A stretch of 64,000 bases of DNA, from NCBI GenBank assembly GCA_041242255.1, contig JBESAV010000001.1, positions 576,001 through 640,000 of the forward strand. Direction: 5' to 3'. Position numbers and translations under genes: made by a program. The notes beneath the pieces are model-generated. The model ran no database searches. It was not told the origin of the DNA and saw only the letters and a list, made by a program, of their open reading frames with translations. The stretch is from Candidatus Altimarinota bacterium (GTDB lineage Bacteria; Patescibacteriota; Gracilibacteria; UBA1369; GCA-2718715). Positions 52,682 to 61,897 of the stretch are shown here, one piece after another (position 1 is the first letter of the stretch; every line of letters starts with the position of its first letter).

Positions 52682-53086
52682 ATGTCCATACTAAAATTTG
52701 AAAACGCAACTAAATATCCATCTAAATATCCAGAGATTGAAGCTGTAAGTTTGGGAGAACCTATTTTCTCATCTCGCTCAGAAGAAATACAAGCAAAACT
52801 CTTAGGTGTCCTTATAAAAGACCTTAAGGCATTATACCCTGACAAAAATCCTGAACCGACCAATATAAATACTCAAGATCCAGAAAGTGACTCTACAGTT
52901 TTTTATGGTATAAAATCTGAAACAAATAATGATTCAAATTACGAGACAACAATAAGCTTTGACCATAAAGAAGACCCTCACAACCCAGGGCAGCAAATCT
53001 ACCGCACTTTAACAGCAACATTCAAGTCTAACCAAATTACCTCTCTAGGAGTATCTTGGTCCTGGGAGCCAAACCTAAAAGCCTAA
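52682..53086 (+). CDS. Hypothetical protein
   Basis: 134-aa ORF. Confidence 0.6.
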   Translation: MSILKFENATKYPSKYPEIEAVSLGEPIFSSRSEEIQAKLLGVLIKDLKALYPDKNPEPTNINTQDPESDSTVFYGIKSETNNDSNYETTISFDHKEDPHNPGQQIYRTLTATFKSNQITSLGVSWSWEPNLKA

Positions 53087-53118
53087 AAAAAGACCACCAT
53101 TCCAAGGTGGTCTTTTTT
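53086..53118. terminator. Bidirectional terminator
   Basis: aaaaaagaccacc-attccaa-ggtggtctttttt between convergent genes. Confidence 0.8.
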
Positions 53119-53133
53119 ATGATTAATTTGAAA

Positions 53134-54231
53134 CTAAACCTTATCAACATAGTCACCATAACCTCTTTCTTCCATCTCAGCTAAAGGTACAAATTCAAGC
53201 GCTGCACCATTCATACACCATCTTTCTCCAGTTGGTTCAGGCCCATCTTGAAACACATGACCTATATGATTATCTCCGTACTTAGATCTCACCTCAGTTC
53301 TAGGAAGAATAAGTTTATAATCAGGCTTAGTTACAACAAACTCATTCGAAATAGGGCGAACAAATGAAGGCCAACCAGTCCCTGAATCAAATTTATCCTT
53401 TGATGAAAACAAAGGCTCTCCAGATAATATATCTACATAAATTCCATCTTCATAGTTTTTATCCAAGTTCCCCTCACTGAAAGGTTTTTCAGTACTGTCT
53501 TTTTGTGTAACTTTATATTCAATCTCACTTAGCTCTTCTTTCAAAACCTCATCAGAAGGCTTTTGATAAGACGCCCAAACACTTTTACTATTCCCAAATT
53601 CATCTAATCGATCACCCCAAACCCCCTCGATAAAAGCATCTCTTCCACTAGCTCTTCTATAAGTATTGTATCTTCCAGGATTCTTCAGATAATAATCTTG
53701 ATGATATTCTTCAGCTCTGTAAAAGTCATACCCCATCTCTACAGCAGTAACTATTTCAGATTCAAAAACACCTTCTTCATTTATTTCATCAATGACTCTC
53801 AAAGCAATCTCTTCCTCTGATTCATTGTTTGGGTAGATAGCAGAAGTATAAGAGTACCCCCTATCTCTAAAAGAACCACCTTCATCAGTTGGATCGTGGT
53901 GTCTAAAGAAATACTGCACTAACGTTTCATAATCTACTACCTCAGGGTCATAAACAACTCTTACAGTTTCACGATACCCTTCATGAGATTTATATGTAGG
54001 GTTTTCAGCTTCTCCACCCATAAATCCTGAAATAGCTTCTTCAACTCCCACTAATTTTTCAAAGTCTCTCTCCACACACCAAAAACAACCACCAGCAAAG
54101 TAAGCACTTTCAAGTTCATCATAATCTTTCACCTCCAAAATAGAGGTATCTCTAGTTAAACGGTCGTGAGCATAAAACCCACCAACAAATACAATAAAAG
54201 CCACAATAATACCTATCAAAATTTTCCCCAT
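53134..54231 (-). CDS. msrAB: Fused methionine sulfoxide reductase MsrA/MsrB with N-terminal anchor
   Basis: FAGGCFWC, AEEYHQDYY, KFDSGTGWPSF, GHVF.DGP..TGERWCMN. Confidence 0.95.
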   Translation of the reverse strand: MGKILIGIIVAFIVFVGGFYAHDRLTRDTSILEVKDYDELESAYFAGGCFWCVERDFEKLVGVEEAISGFMGGEAENPTYKSHEGYRETVRVVYDPEVVDYETLVQYFFRHHDPTDEGGSFRDRGYSYTSAIYPNNESEEEIALRVIDEINEEGVFESEIVTAVEMGYDFYRAEEYHQDYYLKNPGRYNTYRRASGRDAFIEGVWGDRLDEFGNSKSVWASYQKPSDEVLKEELSEIEYKVTQKDSTEKPFSEGNLDKNYEDGIYVDILSGEPLFSSKDKFDSGTGWPSFVRPISNEFVVTKPDYKLILPRTEVRSKYGDNHIGHVFQDGPEPTGERWCMNGAALEFVPLAEMEERGYGDYVDKV

Positions 54232-54387
54232 ATACGCCTATTAAATTAAACTAAATCTAAAATAACAAATTTTCAGATAAAACTCCTTTATCAAGCTATA
54301 AGTTCTTGACCTGTAAACTAAAATGCAACTTTAGCCCTATTAAAAAAGGTTTTACTTTCATAAAATACAAAAAAATTAACAAAACAA

Positions 54388-57300
54388 ATGTTTTACACAA
54401 AACAAATCAAAAAAGGCTTAATGCTCTTTTTGTTTTTGGGAGTTCTTTCGCTTACTTCCATAGCAAGTGCCGCCACAATCACAGTTAATACCGATGCCGA
54501 TAACACCACAGCAGGTGATGGTGTATGTACATTAAGAGAGGCGATAAATAATTCTAATGGTGATGTAGACACCACTTCAAGCGATTGTACACCGGGAGCA
54601 GGCGCAGACACTATTGTATTTGATCTCCCAGGAGCAACTAGAATAACAGTAGCCACTGAATTACCAGCTATTACAGACACAGTTGATATTGTAGGTCAAT
54701 CTCAAGGAGCCTCTTCATGTCTAGATAAAAACACTTTAGAAATGGAGCTCACTACTAGTCAGCAGGGAATATCAGGTTTAATCTTTGACTCTGGTTCAAA
54801 TGGGAGTTCACTCAGTGGGTTTTACATTCATAATTTTACAGCTGCATCTTTTTCAGGTTTCGGAGCAGTCGAATTAAACACAGAGGTACAAGTTTCATGT
54901 AATGTTTTCGGTATAGACGCTACCGGATCTGTTTCAGAAAATATGTATGGGATAATTGTTGAAGGAGCAAATTCTGTAATCGGAGGGCCAAATCCAGAAG
55001 ATGGAAATGTAATTTCAGGTAGTGCTATAGATGGAGTCAGAATTTCTGGTGCTTCTACAACAAATGTAACCGTATCGAATAACTATATTGGTACTAACAT
55101 AGCTGGATCTTCTGAAATACCCAATCAAAGTCAAGGTGTAAGAACAGTTTTAAGTTCTCAGGCAGAGATAGGACCCAACAATGTTATCTCAGGTAACAAC
55201 TCATCAGGGATAAGAATTACTTCACCAAATGTAAATGTATTTGGGAATATTGTTGGTCTTAATGCAGCTGGAGATGCAGCTATACCAAACAGCACTGGAA
55301 TATTCTCAACTGCAGGTGACTTAATTATAGGAGGTGGTACTGAAGCTGATAGGAATATTATCTCTGGTAATGATGCGTCTGGTATATTTATTGACACTTC
55401 AGATTCTAACATCCAAATCCAAGGTAATTATATAGGAGTTAGTCAAGATGGCTCAGCTTCTATAAGTAATGGCGGTGATGGAGTTAACATCGAAGCTATT
55501 GCCCCAATTTTAATTGGAGGTGATACCCTTGGACAGGGTAATGTTATTTCAGGGAATTCCGGTAATGGTATTCATACTCAAAACAATAGTAATGGTGCAG
55601 AAATTAAAGGGAATATAATAGGTTTAAATGCTGCTGGTGATACTGCAGTTCCTAATTTATTTGACGGGATACTTGGTAGAGCTAACAACCTAGTTATAGG
55701 TGGAGACACTATTGCCGAAAGAAATATTATTTCAGGAAATGGTAGCGATGGTATTGAAAGTTCATTTTTCTACTCTGGTCATACAATCCAAGGTAATTAT
55801 ATAGGAGTTAGTCAAGATGGCTCTTCAGATATTGGTAATGGAAGTACTGGTATCACAGCAACAGATAGCCAAATTGGAGGTCTCAATCCTGGTGAAGGAA
55901 ACATAATTTCAGGAAATGGTGATGTAGGTCTAGACATTTCATCAGGTACGATTCAAGGTAATTTAGTTGGACTAAACGCATCTGGAACCTCTGCTATACC
56001 AAACGACACTGGTGGAATATCTGCATTTGGAACAGCAGTTGAAGAAAATATAATCTCAGGAAACACAGGTGTAGGTTTGGAGCTTGGAGGTGACAATGCA
56101 ACTATATTTGGTAATTACATTGGAACAAGTTCAGATGGTACATTTGCAGTACCCAACACATCTCATGGAGTAGTTTTATCAGGTGATTCTATTCAGGTAG
56201 GTAGTACTGTCTCAGGTGAAGAAAATATAATCTCAGGAAACGGAGGTTCAGGTATAGTTTTAGATGGTACCAACATTGATATAATAGGTAATCTGATCGG
56301 TGTTTCAATCACTGAAGACGCAACAGGAAACGAGGAGTCTGGTATACAGGTTATACAGCAGTCGGAACAAGTATTTGATGGTGACGGATTTGTTACCGAA
56401 TTTTCTCCATCAAATAACATCACTATCGGTGGATTAACTTCTGACCACTCTAATACAATATCCGCAAATAGTATTGCAGGAATTTTAGTAGATGATTCAA
56501 ACACTAATATTTCAATTTTAGGAAATAATATCGGAACTGATAGTTTAGGTAACGTAGTCCCAGGTGACTTGGTAAATGATGCATTAGGTAATGGGCAATT
56601 CGCTTCAGCAGGAGAAGATTTCGGAGGTATCATTGCTAGATCTTCTTCAAGTGTATCAATAGGTAACGCAGACGGTTCAGGAGCAAATGTAATAGCTGGT
56701 AATACTGGTCCTGGAATCTTAGTTTCGCAAAATCTAACTCTTGCCGAATCAACAGTTACAATATTATCTAATTCAATATTTAGTAATTCTGGTCTTGGGA
56801 TCGACTTAGCAAATGACAGTGACGGTGACGGATTCTCAGAGTTAGAACAGGATGCCACATTAAACGACGCTGGCGATGTAGATACTGGTGCTAACTCACT
56901 ACAAAACTTTATAGAATTAACAGCTAAAACCGACAACGGTGCCAACTACACTGTAGACTATACTTTGGATACAATCTCAGGTGACTATCTTGTTCAGTTT
57001 TACGAAAGTTCACAAGCAGATCCAAGTAATTATGGAGAAGGTGAAACTTTATTAACTTCAGAAAGCATTACTCATACAGGTGGTGGTTCTGAGTCTTTCA
57101 CTGCAACTTTCTCAGTTACTGAACCAACTACATTAGTAGCAACTGTAACTCAAGACCTAGGTGGAGGATCATACGGAGCGACTTCAGAGTTCAGCTCAAA
57201 TGAAATTATAGTAGAGGAACCAGCTCCTGCTCCAAGCGGAGGAGGAAGCAATGGTTCAGGTGTTGATGCAAGCAATACAAATCCATTTGGAGGAGAAGAC

Positions 57301-57822
57301 CAAGGTTCATCTGAGCCTGACCAAGAAACTCAACCAGACGTAGCCGACAATTTCTTACCAGATGAATGTAATTACGAAAGAGCCTTAAAAGAAATAGAAA
57401 AGTTCGACGGATTTGATCAAGAAATCTCAAGGTACGAAGCTCTTCAATATGTTCTTATCATTAACTGTATTGGACTTGATGAACTTCCACAAAACCCAGC
57501 TGACTATCCTTTCTCAGATATCAATCTAGAAAGCGAAAAACTAGCTAGAGTTTTATATACAGGATACAACAGAGGAATAGTAAAAGGATATCCAGACGGA
57601 ACATTCCGCCCAGCAGATCCAATTAACTACGTTGAGCTTCTCGCTATCAATGCTAGAGCTCAAGGCCTAGCTACTGACTCTCAGGAGGACGGTACAGAGT
57701 GGTATAGCTCATACTTAACTCTTGGTCTAACTATCCGTCTAGCCATCTCAGGAATAGATTATGCAGACCCAATCACAGGTGACACTTTCTACCTAATCAC
57801 TACAACCTTCCTAAACAGCTAA
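54388..57822 (+). CDS. CSLREA-domain beta-helix surface protein with C-terminal SLH-type anchor
   Basis: Signal peptide, CTLREAI, repeated N.ISGN/GN.IG coils, GATSEFS, GIVKGYPDGTFRP. Confidence 0.88.
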   Translation: MFYTKQIKKGLMLFLFLGVLSLTSIASAATITVNTDADNTTAGDGVCTLREAINNSNGDVDTTSSDCTPGAGADTIVFDLPGATRITVATELPAITDTVDIVGQSQGASSCLDKNTLEMELTTSQQGISGLIFDSGSNGSSLSGFYIHNFTAASFSGFGAVELNTEVQVSCNVFGIDATGSVSENMYGIIVEGANSVIGGPNPEDGNVISGSAIDGVRISGASTTNVTVSNNYIGTNIAGSSEIPNQSQGVRTVLSSQAEIGPNNVISGNNSSGIRITSPNVNVFGNIVGLNAAGDAAIPNSTGIFSTAGDLIIGGGTEADRNIISGNDASGIFIDTSDSNIQIQGNYIGVSQDGSASISNGGDGVNIEAIAPILIGGDTLGQGNVISGNSGNGIHTQNNSNGAEIKGNIIGLNAAGDTAVPNLFDGILGRANNLVIGGDTIAERNIISGNGSDGIESSFFYSGHTIQGNYIGVSQDGSSDIGNGSTGITATDSQIGGLNPGEGNIISGNGDVGLDISSGTIQGNLVGLNASGTSAIPNDTGGISAFGTAVEENIISGNTGVGLELGGDNATIFGNYIGTSSDGTFAVPNTSHGVVLSGDSIQVGSTVSGEENIISGNGGSGIVLDGTNIDIIGNLIGVSITEDATGNEESGIQVIQQSEQVFDGDGFVTEFSPSNNITIGGLTSDHSNTISANSIAGILVDDSNTNISILGNNIGTDSLGNVVPGDLVNDALGNGQFASAGEDFGGIIARSSSSVSIGNADGSGANVIAGNTGPGILVSQNLTLAESTVTILSNSIFSNSGLGIDLANDSDGDGFSELEQDATLNDAGDVDTGANSLQNFIELTAKTDNGANYTVDYTLDTISGDYLVQFYESSQADPSNYGEGETLLTSESITHTGGGSESFTATFSVTEPTTLVATVTQDLGGGSYGATSEFSSNEIIVEEPAPAPSGGGSNGSGVDASNTNPFGGEDQGSSEPDQETQPDVADNFLPDECNYERALKEIEKFDGFDQEISRYEALQYVLIINCIGLDELPQNPADYPFSDINLESEKLARVLYTGYNRGIVKGYPDGTFRPADPINYVELLAINARAQGLATDSQEDGTEWYSSYLTLGLTIRLAISGIDYADPITGDTFYLITTTFLNS

Positions 57823-57841
57823 AGCCAAAAATCAACAACTA

Positions 57842-57867
57842 AAAAAGCCCCGTGTGGGGCTTTTTTT
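57842..57867. terminator. Bidirectional terminator
   Basis: aaaaagcccc-gtgt-ggggcttttttt. Confidence 0.85.
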
Positions 57868-57931
57868 GTACTCTAAATTAAAATCAGTAAAAACTTAAAA
57901 GCAAGAATGATCTTCTTTATACAAATCACAA

Positions 57932-58090
57932 TTGGCAGGCGACCTACAGCAATGTCTAAACACCTATGTTGATCAGCTTATAGAAAAGCCAGAACTAATA
58001 GATGAGTACCAAGAGTTCTTCCAATCAGTACGCGAGGCTATTACTAAAGAGTCTCTGCATACTCGGAAAAAGTCATCCCTAATATACTAA
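57932..58090 (+). pseudogene. Putative split C-terminal fragment of the recombinase
   Basis: Frame LAGDLQQCLNTYVDQ...SSLIY* has no ATG, begins at the att core and is in frame with the remnant at 60827. Confidence 0.5.
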
Positions 58091-58120
58091 TCCACATCAG
58101 GTTCTAAACCCATTATGCAT

Positions 58121-58975
58121 TTATTGGTCTAGGAATTCTTGAAGATTCTTGTAAGGCTGTTCCCCTGATATGCTTAAACCATCTAAAAGCTGCCTTAAGA
58201 TATCTCTATTTTCATCAAACAAGTTAGAATAGGTAAATGTCATAGCCTGTATACTGCCCTCATCACCAGCATAATATCTGTTGTAGTAGGTAAAGTCTGT
58301 ACCATCGAGCTTAATCTTAGTAATTAGATCTACAAACGCTGTACCATCTTTGTTCACAATGCTTTCTTCTATTATTTCAAAACTCTCACTCTCTTCTTGT
58401 AGATTGCTTTTAGCTATGCTGACTAAATTTTCTAAACCTACATTAGGCTTTTCTGCAATAATGATTGCGTAAGAGTCATTACTTGAGTTTAGCTCATACT
58501 CGGCGTCACTATTAAAGCTTTCTCTTGATACAGACCACTCTGACGCATTGTATTTAAGTGAATAGTTTACTTCTTCCCCAATCAATGTATCTATTACATA
58601 CATTCCGGTTTCTTCGTATAAATTATCAAAATTTAATGTTGCATCTGTTTCATCGTATCCTTTCAAACTTAAAAGGACTGACAAAATAAGAGCAATTATC
58701 AGCCCAAACCCAAGAAGGAATTTTATCAATATCTCACTTTTTATACTTTTCTTTACTGCGTATATCACAAGACTTAATCCCATTATTGGGAAAAACAAAG
58801 TGGCAAAGTTATAACCCAGAGCTTCTGCATTATCTAATGTGACAAGTCCAAAGTTAGGTTCTTGAATGTTAGTTATTATTGAAAAGCTAAAAAACAAACC
58901 AATAACACCAGCTAGATCTCTCTTATTTAAAGACATAATAAAACTTATATTTAAAAATACCATACAGCTTTGCAA
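58121..58975 (-). CDS. Membrane protein with extracellular PsbP-like domain
   Basis: 3 TM segments followed by a soluble acidic domain. Confidence 0.65.
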   Translation of the reverse strand: MQSCMVFLNISFIMSLNKRDLAGVIGLFFSFSIITNIQEPNFGLVTLDNAEALGYNFATLFFPIMGLSLVIYAVKKSIKSEILIKFLLGFGLIIALILSVLLSLKGYDETDATLNFDNLYEETGMYVIDTLIGEEVNYSLKYNASEWSVSRESFNSDAEYELNSSNDSYAIIIAEKPNVGLENLVSIAKSNLQEESESFEIIEESIVNKDGTAFVDLITKIKLDGTDFTYYNRYYAGDEGSIQAMTFTYSNLFDENRDILRQLLDGLSISGEQPYKNLQEFLDQ

Positions 58976-59021
58976 CGGATAAAGTAATTGAAAAAAAACA
59001 AGTTGAGTGTATTATTTAAGC

Positions 59022-59151
59022 GTCTCTCAATTAGAATTTATGGCCAAGGGCTCGCTCACTTTTTGTCTGATATGGACAATGGTGGGCACCTAGCCATATC
59101 GGTAGCCCTTCGTGGATTCTGATTGGGAGACCTAGGTGTCCTCTTTTGGAA
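59022..59151 (+). ncRNA. Conserved structured leader RNA, copy 2
   Basis: Homologous to 1868-1996; promoter TTGAAA-N16-TATTAT at 58988-59015. Confidence 0.75.
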
Positions 59152-59174
59152 CTGTAATAGATTTAATAAATTTT

Positions 59175-60467
59175 ATGTTTAAGAAAGCTTTATCCAGTAC
59201 AATTGCTCTTATGCTTTTTGCTACTGCAATCCCTGTTCAAGCACAGCAGGCAAATGTGCTTAGTGATATCTCACTAGAATCAGATTATTTCGTATCAGTG
59301 AATCATCTATACGCCAACGGTGTAATTGGCGGTTATCCTGATGGAACCTTTAAGCCAGAGAAAACTATCAGCCGAGCAGAGCTCATGAAGGTTGTAGTTG
59401 AATCAAACACTGACAACATCGATGAAACCCAGTACCAAAATTGTTTCCCTGATGTTAAAGAGGACTGGTACGCAAAATATGTTTGCTATGCCCAAGAACA
59501 AGGTTGGGTGTCAGGTTATCCTGATGGTACATTTCAACCTGCAAATCCAGTAAAGAGAGCAGAGGCAGTTAAAATGATAGTAAACGCCTTTAAACTAGAC
59601 CTAACCTCTACAACAGAACTACCACTTGATGTCCCAGCAGATTCATGGTTTGCTCCTTTTGTAATTGAAGCACAGTCGAGAGGATCACTAGATCTAGTAG
59701 TTGATTCTTTTGGTCCCGCAGAGGATGCAACCAGAGGCTACGTATCAGATATTCTATACAAACTCCTCACTGTTGAAGAAACAGGCCTACAATCCTTCGA
59801 TGAGTACATGATAGAAGGACCTTACTTAGTTACTAGAGTTGTAGACGGAGATACAGTCGACGTCGAAGCAAACGGTGAGACCATGAGACTCAGGTTGATT
59901 GGTGTAGATACACCCGAAACAGTTCATCCCAACAAAGATGTAGAGCTATACGGTCCTGAGGCATCTGCGAAGGTAACAGCTGACTTACTCAATACTTACA
60001 TTCTGCTTGAATCAGACATCACTCAATCGGACAAGGATGTATACGACAGATACTTAAGATACGTTCGCCTGCTAGATGGAACCAATTACAACGAGCAACT
60101 CATTAAAGAGGGTTACGGATTCGAATACACATACGACAACAATCCTTACATTTACAAAGACCGCTTTGACGAGGCAGAGCTATTTGCTAACACAAACGGT
60201 ATCGGACTATGGAATCCTGATTTAGTTGAGGGACAAACCCTGGAAGACCTCATCGAGGAAGAGCCAACAGAGAAAAATGATGAACCAACAACTGACAGCA
60301 ACAGTAATGGTCACGTGTTCTATGTAAGTAGTAAGGCTAGAACTAAATATTACTGTGACACAGACCCATCATGGGAAGATCTCTCGAAGGATAATCTTCT
60401 TAGATACGAATCAGAAGCTGAACTAAAAGCTGATTTTCCGGGTTTAGAGCTTAATCAAGCTTGTTAG
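59175..60467 (+). CDS. SLH-domain + thermonuclease (SNase) surface nuclease
   Basis: Signal peptide from ATG 59175; three SLH repeats; VVDGDT, RLIGVDTPE, DVYDRYLRYV, GLW. Confidence 0.9.
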   Translation: MFKKALSSTIALMLFATAIPVQAQQANVLSDISLESDYFVSVNHLYANGVIGGYPDGTFKPEKTISRAELMKVVVESNTDNIDETQYQNCFPDVKEDWYAKYVCYAQEQGWVSGYPDGTFQPANPVKRAEAVKMIVNAFKLDLTSTTELPLDVPADSWFAPFVIEAQSRGSLDLVVDSFGPAEDATRGYVSDILYKLLTVEETGLQSFDEYMIEGPYLVTRVVDGDTVDVEANGETMRLRLIGVDTPETVHPNKDVELYGPEASAKVTADLLNTYILLESDITQSDKDVYDRYLRYVRLLDGTNYNEQLIKEGYGFEYTYDNNPYIYKDRFDEAELFANTNGIGLWNPDLVEGQTLEDLIEEEPTEKNDEPTTDSNSNGHVFYVSSKARTKYYCDTDPSWEDLSKDNLLRYESEAELKADFPGLELNQAC

Positions 60468-60518
60468 AAGACCGGAAATATACAATAATACTCCTAATTT
60501 ATAAATTAACCATCAATA

Positions 60519-60665
60519 ATGATAGATACAATAATGACAATAATATACTTAGTAGGGAAATTTATAATTGGGTTAGTTATTATTGTACTACTCATTTCTA
60601 TAGTACTTGGAGCAGAGGCAGAATATGAGGAGTCGATAAATAGAGATAGCAATGATAATTCTTAG
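60519..60665 (+). CDS. 48-aa single-TM peptide (not in ORF track)
   Basis: MIDTIMTIIYLVGKFIIGLVIIVLLISIVLGAEAEYEESINRDSNDNS. Confidence 0.45.
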   Translation: MIDTIMTIIYLVGKFIIGLVIIVLLISIVLGAEAEYEESINRDSNDNS

Positions 60666-60817
60666 ATTACTTACTTCGAAGAGCTTACCTTACAAATGGC
60701 CACATATTCACAGACAAAGAGGTTAATATATTAAGTAGCTTAAAAGACAAAGTAGAAAAATTAAAAGAAATAGAGACCACATACAGATACAACAAGATGA
60801 TTTAGTACCCTCATACG

Positions 60818-61063
60818 AAAGTTTTTTTGAACTCGGTGAAAACGTTATGTACATGGTATTCTGAGGCCGATGGAGAGTCCAGGATTGAATTAGCAGAAAT
60901 AATCATTTCGAACTTTTATGTACACGCCGGAGAGGTCTTAGCTGTCGAGCTAAAAGAACCTTTTCATCTCTTGATAGGCGAAAAATCTCGACTGGCAGGG
61001 CTATCAGGATTCGAACCCGACCTTGCGGTTTTGGAGACCGACGTGCTACCACTGACACTATAG
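60818..61063 (+). pseudogene. 3' remnant of a large serine recombinase running into tRNA-Trp
   Basis: KVFLNSVK...LAEIIISN...LKEPF...KSRL aligns with KSFLNSLN...LAKNVFLN...YKEPF...KSRL of ORF 3765-5309. Confidence 0.75.
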
Positions 61064-61067
61064 CCCT
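60993..61067 (-). tRNA. tRNA-Trp(CCA)
   Basis: AGGGCTA/TAGCCCT acceptor stem, anticodon loop CTCCAAA, CCA end. Confidence 0.96.
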
Positions 61068-61190
61068 TTCTGAACGCAACTAAACTAAACCATCCTGCCA
61101 CCAAATTCAAGCTAATTCCACACAAAACACAAACACATAACCTCATCCAATTCTCAACACCAAATACTCCGATCACAACCCCCACAACTC

Positions 61191-61649
61191 CTACTCAAAC
61201 CAAACAGTGATCTCATAAGCCTCATCATTTTCGACCATTCCACTCGGATTTGCCTTTTGAAGTATCAAGCTCCCTCTCTTGCTAAACTCTTCCTCCCAGC
61301 TAGGATTCTCAAATTCCAATTCACCCTCAAACCCCACAAATTCTTCCGTCATCCAGGTCTCTTCACCATCTGCCAGTTCCACGTAACCTTCAATGATGAT
61401 CAGCCCATCCCAATTGGTCAAACTAACCGGAAAACTCCCTTCAAAAAACCAACTACCTCTAGCCATTCCGCTTATCTGGAGTGGGGAAGTCACAGTATCC
61501 CCATCAGAAGGTTCTTCAAGGGTAAGAGTTGCATCACCCACTTCATCAGTAATTACATCAGTATCTCCATCTACCACAACATCCATTTCCTCTTGAGCAC
61601 AACCAGCCAATACAAAAGCAAAGATACTCAACAACAATAATTTTTTCAT
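61191..61649 (-). CDS. Lipoprotein with Gmad2 Ig-like domain
   Basis: Lipobox LAGC; VTSPLQISG.ARGSWFFEGSFPV, NPSG. Confidence 0.8.
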   Translation of the reverse strand: MKKLLLLSIFAFVLAGCAQEEMDVVVDGDTDVITDEVGDATLTLEEPSDGDTVTSPLQISGMARGSWFFEGSFPVSLTNWDGLIIIEGYVELADGEETWMTEEFVGFEGELEFENPSWEEEFSKRGSLILQKANPSGMVENDEAYEITVWFE

Positions 61650-61710
61650 AATAATATCAAATTAATAGCAACACGATTATATCATGCAACCACTATAAAA
61701 AGACAATCAA

Positions 61711-61784
61711 TGGAGGCGGCACCCGGAATCGAACCGGGGATAAAGGCTTTGCAGGCCCCTGCCTTACCACTTGGCCATGCCGCC
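61711..61784 (-). tRNA. tRNA-Cys(GCA)
   Basis: GGCGGCA/TGCCGCC acceptor stem, anticodon loop CTGCAAA, U73-CCA. Confidence 0.97.
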
Positions 61785-61897
61785 ATTGATAGAACGCAAA
61801 CAAATTAAACCAAAAACCCGACAAATTCAAGCCAATACTACCGCATTGACAAAATCTGTTAAAGTTCTTAAAATTAGCAAAAATAACTTCTCCAAAC

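Larger units (their letters stand above)
57923..60999. mobile_element. Decayed integrative element at the tRNA-Trp 3' end
   Basis: Imperfect terminal repeats aaatcacaattggcagg (57923-57939) and aaatctcgactggcagg (60983-60999), 14/17 identical; recombinase remnant; RNA motif shared with the tRNA-Leu element. Confidence 0.7.

Noticed and set aside
56193-56945. 250-aa antisense ORF and the many other 60-150 aa shadow ORFs opposite real genes
   Set aside because: They lie fully opposite well-supported genes and show no motifs; they are best explained by codon bias.
59136-59174. GTG start for the SLH-nuclease given in the ORF track
   Set aside because: It lies inside the conserved RNA motif, and the signal peptide begins at ATG 59175.
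60660-60805. Open frame LDYLLRRAYLTNGHIFTDKEV...
   Set aside because: It has no start codon and no recognisable similarity; probably decayed island sequence.
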